DNA of 64,000 nt, taken from the NCBI RefSeq assembly GCF_006345805.1, contig NC_043007.1:36952001-37016000 (forward strand), read 5' to 3'. This stretch comes from Octopus sinensis (lineage: Eukaryota). This document shows positions 1 through 11,816 of the stretch, piece after piece. The translations under genes and the position numbers were made by a program. Numbering within the stretch: position 1 is the stretch's first letter; every line of letters begins with the position of its first letter. The notes under the pieces are model-generated. The model was not told where the DNA came from. It ran no database searches and saw only the letters and a list, made by a program, of their open reading frames with translations.

Positions 1-10
1 TGTTCGCATT

Positions 11-432
11 AGGCGCAGGAGTGACTGTGTGGTAAGTAGCTTGCTAACCAACCACATGGTCCCGGGTTCAGTCCCACTGCGTGGCATCTTGGGCAAGTGT
101 CTTCTGCTATAGCCTCTGGCCGACCAAAGCCTTGTGAGTGGATTTGGTAGACGGAAACTGAAAGAAGCCTGTCGTATATATGTATATATATATGTGTGTG
201 TGTTTGTGTATGTGTTTGTGTGTCTGTGTTTGTACCCCTAGCATTGCTTGACAACCGATGCTGGTGTGTTTACGTCCCCGCCACTTAATGGTTCGGCAAA
301 AGAGACCGATAGAATAAGTCCTGGGTTTACAAAGAATAAGTCCTGGGGTCGATTTGCTCGACTAAAGGCGGTGCTCCAGCATGGCCGCAGTCAAATGACT
401 GAAACATGTAAAAGAGTAAAAGAGTAAAGAGT
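11..432 (+). mobile_element. SINE-A, full length (tRNA-like head, internal microsatellite, (GTAAAAGA)n tail)
   Basis: Head AGGCGCAGGAGTGACTGTGTGGTAAG...GGTTCAGTCCC, CTTGGGCAAGTG core, (TA/TG)n centre, 3' half GCTTGACAACCGATG...GACTGAAACATGTAAAAGAGT; more than 15 homologous copies in the window. Confidence 0.9.
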
Positions 433-769
433 ACCATTTTGCTGAATCAGCCAGTGATTCATAATGTAAATACTATACACTGACAGTCGGGATTTAGCCA
501 AATCATTCAGCGATGACGTAGTCACCACTAATGAGATTTAATTTTAAGTGAAGCTAGGCTAGTATGGTGATCTCACTTGCTGTGGGGCGGTTATCTCTCC
601 TGTTAGTGCATAGACAGTTGCTTTTTGCGGCTGTAAGGGTTTTTAATCTTATTTCTAGCAATGTAGATGCTGCACCGTTAGTCACCATTAGTGACAATTG
701 AATTTTTCCTTTTTGCTTTATATAGCCGCCTTCATTATAGCCGCCTTTATGTATAGCCGCCTTCATTAT

Positions 770-871
770 TTTATACATACATACATTCATGCATACTTAC
801 ATACGTACGTACACATACATACGTACGTACATACATACATACATACATACATACATACATACATACATACA

Positions 872-904
<33 letters not shown>

Positions 905-925
905 GTATATATATATATATATTTA
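770..925. repeat. (TACA)n/(TA)n microsatellite
   Basis: Direct reading. Confidence 0.95.
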
Positions 926-1487
926 GTTTTATATGCATACGTATGATGACTTCCGCTCAATTTCCTTCTACACGTACACACATATGCACATACACACGCA
1001 TGCACACATGCTCGCACGCACACACTCATCTTTCTTTAAGCAATATTTTATTTCATTTTTTACTGTGCAGTCTTCCATTTTTTCTTAAATCATTGACGTC
1101 ATTTCCTTCCAAATCGATCTCTTCGCGCTTCATTAACATGATTTCTTGTCAATGTACAAACCCCTGTAAATAATAAATAATTTTGAAATTACTTTTATTT
1201 ACAACTGTTTTTTTAGTAGTTTCAGAATTTGTTTGTTTTTCGTATATGTTTTATTGTTTTATGCGAAACTTTAACCACATCCTTGTATCTTATTCGAGTG
1301 TCTAGCCCGTCTTCTTGTACCGTTAACAGGTTGTGGGTCAAATTTTTTGTCTTTGTAACCGAATTTTGTACCCTTCTAAGACATGCCAAATCATTGGCAG
1401 TTTCGCTCCGATGCTAGGCAGCTTGGCTTTCTGTAGGACAGGGGTCGGAAAACTTCTCATATCATTGACCCTTTCAACGAATAGTAG

Positions 1488-1800
1488 TGAAGGCGCATGG
1501 CTCAGTGGTTAGAGCGTCGAGTTTACGATCGTGAGGTTGTGAGTTCGAATCCCAGACCGGGCTGCGTGTTGTGTTCTTGGGCAAGACACTTTATTTCACG
1601 TTAGAAATGAGTTGCAATATCACAGGTGCCAAGCTGTATCGGCCTCTGCCTTTCCCTTGGATAACACTGGTGGCGTGGAGAGGGGAGGCCGGTATGCATG
1701 GGCAACTGCTTGTCTTCCATAAACAACCTTGGCCGGACTTGTGTCTGGGAGGGTAACTTTCTAGGAGCAATCCCATGGTCAATCATGACCGAAGGGGCTC
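1488..1800 (+). mobile_element. SINE-C (tRNA-derived)
   Basis: A box TGGCTCAGTGG, B box GTTCGAATCC, TCTTGGGCAAGACAC core; homologous copy at 39270-39596 (-). Confidence 0.85.
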
Positions 1801-1962
1801 TCTCTTAAAGTATAGTAAATAACTTATTGATCCCAGTCACGTAAATTTCTAAAATAACATTAAAAAGTATAATTAATAATAAAAAAATTTCTTGATATAA
1901 AAGCAATAATTCCATCGTTCTTTTTTCTCGTTACTACTTTTTTAATATTTAAAGAAATTTTA

Positions 1963-2420
1963 AAGCGGCAAGCTGGTAGAATCGTTAGCGCGTCGGGCAA
2001 AATGCTTAGCGGTATTTAGTGCGTCCTTACATTCTGAGTTCGAATTCCGCTGAGGTCGACTTTGCCATTCATCCTTTTGGGGTTGCTAAAATAGGTACCA
2101 GTTGAGCACTGAGGTCGATATAATCGACTTGCCCCTTCCCCGAAATTGCCGGACTTGTGCCAAAAATTAAAACCAATATGTAAAGACATTTTATGACGGC
2201 TAGCTGGTAGAATCGTTATTGCGCTGGAAAAAAATTGCTTAGCGGCAATCCTTTCAATTTTACGTTCTGATTTCAAGTCCCGTCGGGGTCAACTTTGCCT
2301 TTTGAAATTTTATCCTTTTGATGTCAATAAAATAAGTACAACTTGAGCACTGGGGTCGATGTAATCGAATTGCCCCTTCCCCGAAATTGCTGGCCTTGTG
2401 CCAAAATTTGAAACCAATAT
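1963..2420 (+). mobile_element. Two head-to-tail SINE-B copies with CCTTGTGCCAAAATTTGAAACCAATAT tails
   Basis: Units about 1963-2179 and 2198-2420, each with GCTGGTAGAATCGTTA head and TTTGCC...ATCCTTT...GTAC core. Confidence 0.85.
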
Positions 2421-2872
2421 CTAAAGAAATTTAATGAAAATACTTAACGAAATTGATAAAGAACAAAAAAAATGTAGTCATAATAAATTGATGTTGTCGG
2501 AATATTAAATATAAAGCGTGCTTGATGAGTCCTTGTTTATTCATCGATATTTGCCTGAAATTAGTGAATTATACACTTAGATTACCATCCTTTTCCAGAT
2601 TCAATCCATTAATCTCTATAGATTATCTGTAGAAATAACCGTAATAAAATAATGTAAAGCGTATTGCTAACGCAGTAGAACGTGGTATTGACTTAGTAAA
2701 TGATGGTTGCATAACGAAATATCACATATCTACAAATCATTAGTATTTACGTACAAGCTTCCAGGAATGCGATTAATATGTAAATTGGTATATCCAACAA
2801 CTTTACACCACTGTATTATAGTGGCTATTTAAGCAATGTATTCCAGGGTTTTCGATCTCATTGTTTGTTTAC

Positions 2873-3420
2873 GAGTAGTGTGTTTAATTTGCTCACTGAA
2901 CACCGCCCCGAATTCCCCCTTGTATTTCAAAAATGTCCCCTGAATCAAAAAAGAAAGGGAATAAATCTGCTCAATTTTTCAAATCCTGGCAGCAACACTG
3001 TAGTTGGAAGCAGGATAATAATCTAATCCTACACTTCAAAAATATAAACACGTTTTTAAGAACAACACACGCGGAGTCAAAAAGAAACGTTACCCTTCAC
3101 TAGCACACCAGGCTCTGCACAGCGTAAACGACAGTGCTCGCTCTCCCTAGCGTGCAGCTTCTTATCTCGGACATAAAAGCATTCGCACAACAAACACCGC
3201 GTTGCTGAAACTGTGAAGCTCACAGTTCTATACAAGGATCTTTGCATTTTTTTATATACTAGGGGGTGGCTACTGACATTAAGCTTAAAGATTATATAAT
3301 GTACAAGTACAAAGAAAGAATTAAAGAAAAAAGGACCCATTGTATTGAAAATTTTCGATAATATCGAGTGGTAATATGAGGTGCTGCAGTTTCGCAGTGC
3401 CTATACACGAGCCGCCACTG
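2873..3420 (-). mobile_element. About 550-bp dispersed repeat, probable end of a DNA transposon (CAGTGGCGGC terminus, hAT-like)
   Basis: Alignable in inverted orientation to 16291-16822; both start CA(G/A)TGGCGGCTCGTGTAT. Confidence 0.55.
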
Positions 3421-3756
3421 TTCCTGATATTGCCTTTCCAAAAAGTATTTATGACCTGTCTCAAGCGACACTCTTCAAGCGCTTTATAAACGCATGCAGT
3501 TTTGTTTGACTATACCTCTAGAAGAGGTAGAAGCGGGCAGCCGATGCTTTTGTGTTCGCGGCTAACAGAATTGGCAAAAACATCATTATTTTCAGTCGTG
3601 AACACAAAAATCATGTTGCCACCCGCTTTTGGATCTTCCAGGGTCATAGTCAAACGGAATTGTTCCCGTTGAAGCAGGTTCAAAGTATTACAATATATTT
3701 GAAAAAAAAAATGGTGACTGATCACTGTTCGAAAGTCTTTGATCAGAGAAGAATCT

Positions 3757-4078
3757 GCGTGGCTTAGTGGTTAGGGCATTCGGCTCACGATCGTAAGGTT
3801 GTCAGTTCGATTCCCGGCGACGCGTTGTGTCCTTGAGCAAGACACTTTATTTCACGTTACTCCAGTCCACTCAGCTGGCAAAAATGAATTGTACCTGTAT
3901 TTCAAAAAGGGCCAGCTTTGTCACACTGCGTGTCAGGCTGAATTTCCTTGTGAACTACGTTAAGGGTACACGTGTCTGTGGAATGCTCAGCCACTTGCAC
4001 GTTAATTTCACGAGCAAGCTGTTCCGTTGATCGTATCAGCTGGGACCCACCCTCGTCATCGTAACCGACGGAGTGCTC
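3757..4078 (+). mobile_element. SINE-D (tRNA-derived)
   Basis: TGGCTTAGTGG / GTTCGATTCC boxes, TCCTTGAGCAAGACAC core, tail AACTACGTTAAGGGTACACGTG...GTAACCGACGGAGTGC shared with 28055-28440. Confidence 0.85.
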
Positions 4079-4083
4079 CTATA

Positions 4084-4163
<80 letters not shown>

Positions 4164-4167
4164 TATA

Positions 4168-4205
<38 letters not shown>

Positions 4206-4245
4206 TATATATATAATTATATATATATAATATATGTATGTATGC

Positions 4246-4478
4246 AAGGCGGCGAGCTGGCAGAAACGTTAGCACGCCGGGCGAAATGCGTAGCCGTATT
4301 TCGTCTGCCGTTACGTCCTGAGTTCAAATTCCGCCGAGGTCGACTTTGCCTTTCATCCTTTCGGGGTCGATTAAATAAGTACCAGTTACCCACTGGGGTC
4401 AATGTAATCGACTTAATCCGTTTGTCTGTCCTTGTTTGTCCCCTCTGTGTTTAGCCCCTTGTGGGTAGTAAAGAAATA
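4246..4478 (+). mobile_element. SINE-B monomer, long tail
   Basis: AAGGCGGCGAGCTGGCAGAAACG head to CCCCTTGTGGGTAGTAAAGAAATA tail. Confidence 0.9.
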
Positions 4479-4758
4479 ATATATATATATATAAATTATA
4501 GTGTAAATAATAATCGAGAAATACAATAGAGAACATTAGAGAGACTAGCCACTTTGTTTTTTCTATATATTGCAACAAGGTTACTTTACAAATAAATTCA
4601 GACATTAAAAAGATTTCTTTGGTTCAACTGCTCACTAGATCTGTTTGTTTTCTTCTGTGATTCCATGTTTTGCTTTCTATGTCATCTCCTTTCTATCCTC
4701 TTCTTCCTTTCTTTCTCTGGGTGTTTTTCTGCATATATATGCATTATGTATATCTATA

Positions 4759-4808
<50 letters not shown>

Positions 4809-4903
4809 CATACATATACAAATATGAATGCATGTGTACCTCTCTTTACTTTCTTTCTCTCTCTCTGTTTTCTACATGTATATGTACTATGTATATGTAT
4901 GAG

Positions 4904-4934
<31 letters not shown>

Positions 4935-4936
4935 AT

Positions 4937-4980
<44 letters not shown>

Positions 4981-5597
4981 GTACATACATACATAGATAC
5001 ATACATATATTATATAATAATGCATAAACATACACACACAGACGCACACACACATACACACACCCACACATACACATATATGCATACTCACAAATATACA
5101 CCCTCATATACACACAATCATATACATACATACATAGTGGAAGTGAAAGCACGTGTGTGTGTGTGTAGTGGAAGTGAAACCATGTGTGTGTGTGTGTGTA
5201 CATACATAATACATAAATACATACATGCATGCTTACATACATACATACATACATACATACAAGAACATATATATCATCATGTCTCAATCTTTATCGGTCT
5301 GTGTGTCACACTGACACACTCACTCCCACACCTCTCTCTTACTTCTCTCGTTTACTCCCCCACACTCTGTCACTGTCGGTCTTTAAATGAAACCAAATAT
5401 TAATATTAAAAAGACAAAGAAAACTGTCTACAAAAGAGAATGAATAACGATCGAAGGAAATATTCTCGAATTATTCCTACATAAGAGGAAATAAATAAAT
5501 ATTTAAATGGCAGAAGAAATATGGATAGTGACAAGGAAAAATATATGAAAGAAAAATATAATGAATAGCAATGCTGATGAACTTAACTTATCTGTAG

Positions 5598-5677
<80 letters not shown>

Positions 5678-5678
<1 letters not shown>

Positions 5679-6069
5679 CCTGACATAGTCTTAATTGAGA
5701 AAGAAAACAAACTATGCTGGATCATAGATATAGCATGCCCAGCTGACAACAAGGTATGCGATGAGGAAGAAAGAAAAGTCGAGAGATATGACAGGTTAGC
5801 TTCGGAAGTTAAGTAGTTGTGGTCAATGAAAAAGGTAGCAGTAGTACCAGTAATTGTCGGAGCCCTGGGAACAGTGAGCAAAAATCTCGAGAAATACGTG
5901 GAGCAAATAGGGGCTGCAATAAGAGCGGAGCACTTGCAGAAAGCAGCACTGCCTGGAACCGATCGAATACTCCGGAAGGTGCTCGAAAAATAAGAGGCAT
6001 TACCTTAGTTCACTGGTAGTGAACAGCTGACACTAATACATTTCCAGCGTTAGAAGCTGTTGAAAGGCG
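5678..6069 (+). mobile_element. Dong/R4-type non-LTR retrotransposon, 5'-truncated 3' end (restriction-like endonuclease)
   Basis: Translates PDIVLIEKENKLCWIIDIACPADN...*LWSMKKVAVVPVIVGALGTVSKNL...LQKAAL...ILRKVLEK*; (TAA)n on both sides. Confidence 0.85.
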
Positions 6070-6106
6070 ATAATAATAATAATGATAATAATAATAATAA
6101 TAATAA

Positions 6107-6162
<56 letters not shown>

Positions 6163-6192
6163 TAATAATAATAATGATGAATAATAATAATA

Positions 6193-6241
<49 letters not shown>

Positions 6242-6242
<1 letters not shown>

Positions 6243-7141
6243 GGAGATTTTATAATCAAATAAATAGTGGAGAACGAAGTACTGAAAATGAGAAACCTAA
6301 TACAGAAGAAGCTAGAAAGTTCTGGAGTAATGTTTGGGATAAGCCAGTCAATCATAATGGAGATGCAGTATGGTTAAAGAAAGTGATGGAAGAAATAGGG
6401 AGAGCGAATCAGCAAGATCAAAGACCCCGCCCCACCAGAAATTACCAGAAACACACGATGAAGTAAAATACAACAAGCAACTTCAGAATATGCGGTGATG
6501 AAGAAGAAACAATAAATCATATTGTCTCTGGCTGCCCAGTTCTGACTAAGAAAGAATATAACCATAGACATTTCAGAGTTGGGACCTATATACACGGGAA
6601 GTTATGCCAACGCTGTGGAATAACAACAGAAAAAATATGTATAGACACACCACAGAAAAGGCATGAGAAAATAACAAAGCAACCATACTCTGGGATATGG
6701 TAACACATACAGGTAGAGAACTCAAGGCTAATAGGCCGGATATAGTCGTCAGAGATTACCATGAAAATAAATGCCTTCTAATCGATGTATCAATACCAAC
6801 TGATAACAATGTACCTCTAAAAGAAATGGAGAAGCTCTCAAAACACAAAGATCTGGAAATAGAGGTAACCTGAATGTGGAGCCTAAAATCAGAAACAATC
6901 CCTATAATAATTAGGTATGATTAAAAATAACATTCAGACAAATACATGCTCAAAACACCAGGACTTACGAATGTATATAACATACAGAAAATAGCACTAG
7001 TGGGCACCGCGCACATCCTACGTAAAGTACTTTCAATACAGTGAAAACAAGAGCACCACAACAAACCACTGCACATATCCAAGGCCCACAGAGTTGCGCT
7101 CGGTAGTGGAAGTGAAAGCACGTGATACAAGCAAGTACTGA
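6242..7141 (+). mobile_element. Dong/R4-type retrotransposon deletion derivative (pre-RT segment fused to zinc knuckle + RLE + 3' UTR)
   Basis: RFYNQIN...EEARKFWSNVWDKPVNHNGDAVWLKK, then RICGDEEETINHIVSGC and NRPDIVVRD...IDVSIPTDN...GTAHILRKVL*; stops and frameshifts; (TAA)n flanks. Confidence 0.85.
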
Positions 7142-7759
7142 ATAATAATAATAATGATAATAATAATAATAATAATAACAACAACAACAACAACAAAAAT
7201 AATAACAACAACAGCAACAACAACAACAACAACACCAATAATAATAACAACTATAATAATGATGATGATGATGAGGATGATGATGATGATGATGATGATC
7301 ATCATCATCATGATTTGAAGTAGTGCGTGTACAGCTGCCATGGGTATGTGTGTGTGTGTGCGTACGTGTGTAAGTGAGTGTGTATGCGTTTGTGTAAGTG
7401 TTTGAGTATGTCTGGCAAAAAAAAAAAATGCTGTCTGTTCAGTAAAATAAGTGGCAGAGAGAAAAGAAAATGGTAATTTATAAACGAATGAGTATTGGAG
7501 ACACCATGGCCATCAATGCTGACAACGACAACGACGACGACGATGATGATGATGTTGTTGATGATGATGATGATGACGTTGATGATGATGATGATGGTGG
7601 TGGTGGTAGTGGTGATGATGATGATGGTGGTGGTGGTGGTGGTGATGATGATGATGATTGTGATGATGGTGATGATGATGACGGTGATGATGATGATGAT
7701 GATGAAGGTGATGATGACAGTAATGATGTTCATAAGGAGGCTCTAGAAGATGGAAATGA

Positions 7760-7791
<32 letters not shown>

Positions 7792-7920
7792 ATAATGATG
7801 GGAAAACGTAGGCGGATGTGAAGGAAACGAAAGGGGGTAGGCAGAGGGAAGAAGACCGACGTCGATGGCATCGACGACAAGACGATGACGATGACGCAAA
7901 CGGTGACCATGACAGTGACT

Positions 7921-7957
<37 letters not shown>

Positions 7958-7995
7958 TTATGATGATAATGATGATGATGATTATGATGATGGGG
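7142..7995. repeat. Compound trinucleotide arrays (AAT, AAC, GAT, GAC, GGT) with short unique spacers
   Basis: Direct reading. Confidence 0.9.
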
Positions 7996-8375
7996 AAGAG
8001 AAAGAAAAGATGACAGAATAGAAGGGATAGTAGACGAAAAAAAAAACACCACGACGATGACGACTACGACGTTCTCAGATTCCCAAGGTCATTTTGATCC
8101 CCTTGCGATCCCAGCATACCTCATTTTCTCACCACTCACTATTTTTAATTGTTATCAAGTAATTATATATATAATTTATGAATAGATTTTTTTAACGTTA
8201 CACGTTTTCTGTGATAATTATTAAAACAATACATGAAATTGGATTTCTTTATTAATTTGTAATCAAAGGAAGAAGAAAAACCATGATTCAGTGGATCCGA
8301 AAACAGCGTAAAAACTGTTGAATTTAGCGTCATCTAATAATAATAATAATTCTAATAATAATAATAATAATAATG

Positions 8376-10040
8376 GTAATGAGTTCATTTATTTGCCACA
8401 AGGGTGAAGGATGAGGGGGACAATACGGAAACAGACATAATGTGTGGGGGTTTACATATAATGAAATCATTAAAAAAAGTATACACGGTATACACTGAAA
8501 AAGAAGTGATGTATGTATAGTATACAAACGTAATAAATTGGCGCGGAGGATGATATAGATGTGGCCCTCCTGATATAGGAAAGCCTCTAGGGATAATCGA
8601 GGAACTCCACTGTCCGAGATCTCCTTGGAACCCTAGGAAGGAGCAAGTGCCCTCTCCAATTCTTTCTCTTCGATTCACAGGTCTACACTTAGAGTGGTAC
8701 AATCCGCTCTTGCCATTTTCGCAACTTTCGCCAACCTTTCAATAAACTCACTCGAGGACAGCACTTCCGTGTCAACTCTCCATATCCTTTACAAGTGAAA
8801 CTTGAAGTTAATGAGAGTTCTACCAAAGAGGAATGTATCTGTCCTCATGCCTTTCAGCTTTGTCCACCAAACAACCTCTTTCGCCACAGCCACCAGGCAA
8901 AGGAAAACTGCCTTGCCTGTCCAATTGAAGGAGGGCAGCGGTGCGATCATCACTACGGATTCGCCCGACAGATGGATCGGTCCCCCACATGACAGTAGCT
9001 ATTCAATATAACCTCACAAGTCAGCAATGCTCCAACACCGAACGCGGGCGTGCAGAACGGTTTCGTCACTCTGCACACACCTCAGACAAGTCCGTCTGAC
9101 AGCACATCCGTGCCTGTAGAGTTTATCTCAAACCGGCAGCATTGCCAGGCCAAGGACATCTGGAAATTATCCATGATAGCTTCCGACAGGAAAGTCCTCC
9201 GGAACAGACTAGCCACTTCGTTCTCGTCGACGCCCAGAGTCTCCCCGAGAATGTCGTCTCACTTCCCCGTCACTAATCCTCTATAAATTTCTAAAGCGGA
9301 ACATCCACCGATCCCATTGCCTGACTGGTACAGGGTTGCGAGCGCCTGACGACATTCTAGATGCCAGGTGTCCAGTCTCGGTCTTTTCTTCACCCAAGAC
9401 TGCAGCTCCGTCAAGGAGACGAGCTGCAGAAAGTCGAGCCTCACAAACGGAGCCCCCACACTCTCACCGTCCAGAAATCGTTACAGGTGGCATAACCTAA
9501 GAGCGTGTCTGCGCATTAGGGGCCACGGCACACCTACTCTTCCAATCAGAAGATGTTGGCAACAGACTGATCGCCTGACTATTGGAACGCGTCCCTTTCA
9601 CAAGAATTTAACTATGAGACGCTCCAACTTCGTCAAGCTGTAACGGAGACAAGGCACGGCAGCCAGGTGATAAATGATAACGGAGGCAATGTAAGCATTC
9701 GTCACCTCTGCCCGACATTTCAGGGACAACTTTCAGCTCATTTCTGGGTAAGACTGGCTACTCTGTTCGCCACCTCGTCCCAGTTCTTATCAACCTGGAG
9801 GTTGGGACCAAACCAGACCCCGAGCACTTTAACTAGTCCGTTGGTCTAGCGTCCGACGACACCGTCCGATGGCATCGTCCTGCTTTTCTAGGAACCCAAC
9901 CGTTGATTTTAGCCCCTGTAACCTACTCATATTCCTTTAGGATGGTGCCGATCGTCTCCACTTCGGAAGCGTCCGATACCATGATGGTGACGTCACCCAT
10001 GTATGCCGACACTGCCCTTCTTTGTCCTAGTTCGAAATGG
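8376..10040 (-). mobile_element. Tx1/L1-clade LINE, 5'-truncated and degenerate (RT C-half, CCHC knuckle, 3' UTR)
   Basis: Minus strand: VSAYMGDVT (YADD remnant, 9992-10003), TGAKIN, VKVLGVWFG...KNW, CLRCVQSDETVLHARVRC (9035-9088); ends CCCTTGTGGCAAATAAATGAACTC + (ATT)n. Confidence 0.85.
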
Positions 10041-10291
10041 AATCCTTTCTACTATAGGCATAAGGCCTTGAATTTTGAGTGAGGAGACCAGTCGATTACA
10101 TCGAATCCAGTACTCAACTGGTACTTAGTTTATCGACCCCGAAAGGGTGAAAGGAATTTGAACTGAGAACGCAAAGGCGAATGAAAGGCAAAGTAGGCCT
10201 CGGCGAAATTTAACTCAAGACGCAATGTGTCGGAAGAAATGTCGCCAAGTCTTTGCTCAGATGTATTAACGATTCTCTTAGCTTGCCGCTT
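10041..10291 (-). mobile_element. SINE-B with CCTTATGCCTATAGTAGAAAGGATT tail, fused to the Tx1-like 5' truncation point
   Basis: AAGCGGCAAGCT head at 10291, conserved core, tail abuts LINE sequence. Confidence 0.8.
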
Positions 10292-10735
10292 AATAATAAT
10301 AGTAAAGGGTGACAAAATAGCCGTACTGCAAAATTTCTATTTGATTTAATGCCTATTTTGACTCGTATGCAGAAAAACTTAACAGAATTTAAAAAAGGGG
10401 GTGGGGGGAATCCAGTTAGTTTTACTCAAATATTAGCTCTTCTTTTTTAGACAAGAATGCAGTATTTGTCTACTTCACGATGCTTTCTCGTGACGAATAT
10501 CGCAGTTAGATAAGCTTTCAACCATATGTATGCTTTAAGTATGTTATACAAATAGCCGATTTAAACTAACACTGCTTCCAGTGCAAATAACGAATTATTT
10601 AGAGATGTTACATTCAAGCAAATATGTTGCTAGGAACTATAAAAGAGTATTCTGTTCCTTTGTAGTTATTTTTATATTTTACTCAGGAAGAACTGGCTCT
10701 GCCTATGATCTTTGAAACGAAGAGCAATGACCGAC

Positions 10736-10756
10736 ACAGTGGTGATGGTAGTAGTG

Positions 10757-10793
<37 letters not shown>

Positions 10794-11195
10794 GAGGAGG
10801 AGGAGGAGGAGGAGGAGGAGGAGGAAAAGTTGTAGTGGTATTGGCAGTAATAGTAGTAGTGGTGAAGGCAGTGATGGTGGCAGTTGTAATTGCAATGGTG
10901 TGGGTAGTAGTTGTAGTAATGCTAGTGGTGACTGTTGTAGCTGTGATGGTAGTATTGGCAGTAGATACAGTAGTAATTGTTGTAATTGAGACGGTGGTAG
11001 CGGTAAGGTGGTAATAAGAATAGTAGTAGAGACAGTGGTTGTAGTGGTGCTTGTAGTAGCAGCGGTTGTAGTGGTGATAGTGGTAGTTGTATCAGCAGCC
11101 CTAGCAGTGACGGTAGTAGTGGTAATGCATATCGTGGTGACGATAGTGGTGGTGATAGTAGTGGTGATAGTTAAGGTGGTGATGGTAGTAGTAGT
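10736..11195. repeat. Cryptically simple (GTA/GGA/GTG)n array
   Basis: Direct reading. Confidence 0.9.
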
Positions 11196-11646
11196 GATTT
11201 TAGCCTCGTATTTCTAGAATTATGGAATTTGAATGTAATTAATAATTCGTTAAACTTGAGAGGGTAACGAATTCTTCTTTTCATTTCTTCATTTTTCTGT
11301 ACTTTAATAAATTTTTCATATATGGCAATTGTTGAATAAATAGTGCCACTGGTTTGAGGCTTACAACTGACCATTCACTGCTTCACTGGCTTTCTGACTG
11401 CGAGAGTGATAAGGGAGTGCCTGTAAAACGACACAGAACAAATATAGGAAAAACTTCTTCGGTTGAAAAACACCGATTTTTTCGTTTTAATTTTTTTGGT
11501 TTTACTTTTTGGTTTTATTTTTGCTTTTAGCTGCAAATCTCCGGATCTAGTCGGTTTGGCTGCCAGCATCAATTCTGTTCGAATTAATTTCATATTCAGT
11601 GTAATGATATACTTGGCTAATGAATGACGTGAAATCGTTTTCGCTA

Positions 11647-11816
11647 TCTATATATATAAAACAAAGTGTGTATGTGTTTGTATGGTACCTGTGCATTTCT
11701 ACAGTTTTCAATCAATTTTCACCAAACTTTTACACACACATTATTTATGTGCCAAGGATGGTAATGCACGACAACGTTTTGACTAGAGCTCCCGCGTAAT
11801 GCGAGAAACCAACTAG
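11647..11816 (+). mobile_element. Short non-autonomous Helitron-like element
   Basis: A|TCTATATATATAAAA start, subterminal hairpin-like CCCGCGTAATGCGAG, CTAG end; 3' flank is G rather than T. Confidence 0.5.

Noticed and set aside
255-305. HDV-like ribozyme in the SINE-A 3' half (TCCCCGT loop-like motif in other copies)
   Set aside because: Flanking bases do not form P3 and there is no P4/J4-2 arrangement
1488-1570. Functional tRNA genes (also 3757, 17287, 28055, 37908, 39596)
   Set aside because: A and B boxes are present but there is no closing acceptor stem, and they continue into SINE bodies
7470-8052. Poly-Asp/Gly and poly-His ORFs resembling acidic biomineral or His-rich proteins
   Set aside because: Open in several frames because GAT/GAC/GGT repeats lack stops; no signal peptide or splice context
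10705-11217. Ser/Arg/Cys-rich and Val-rich ORFs
   Set aside because: Cryptic triplet repeat; no unique domain
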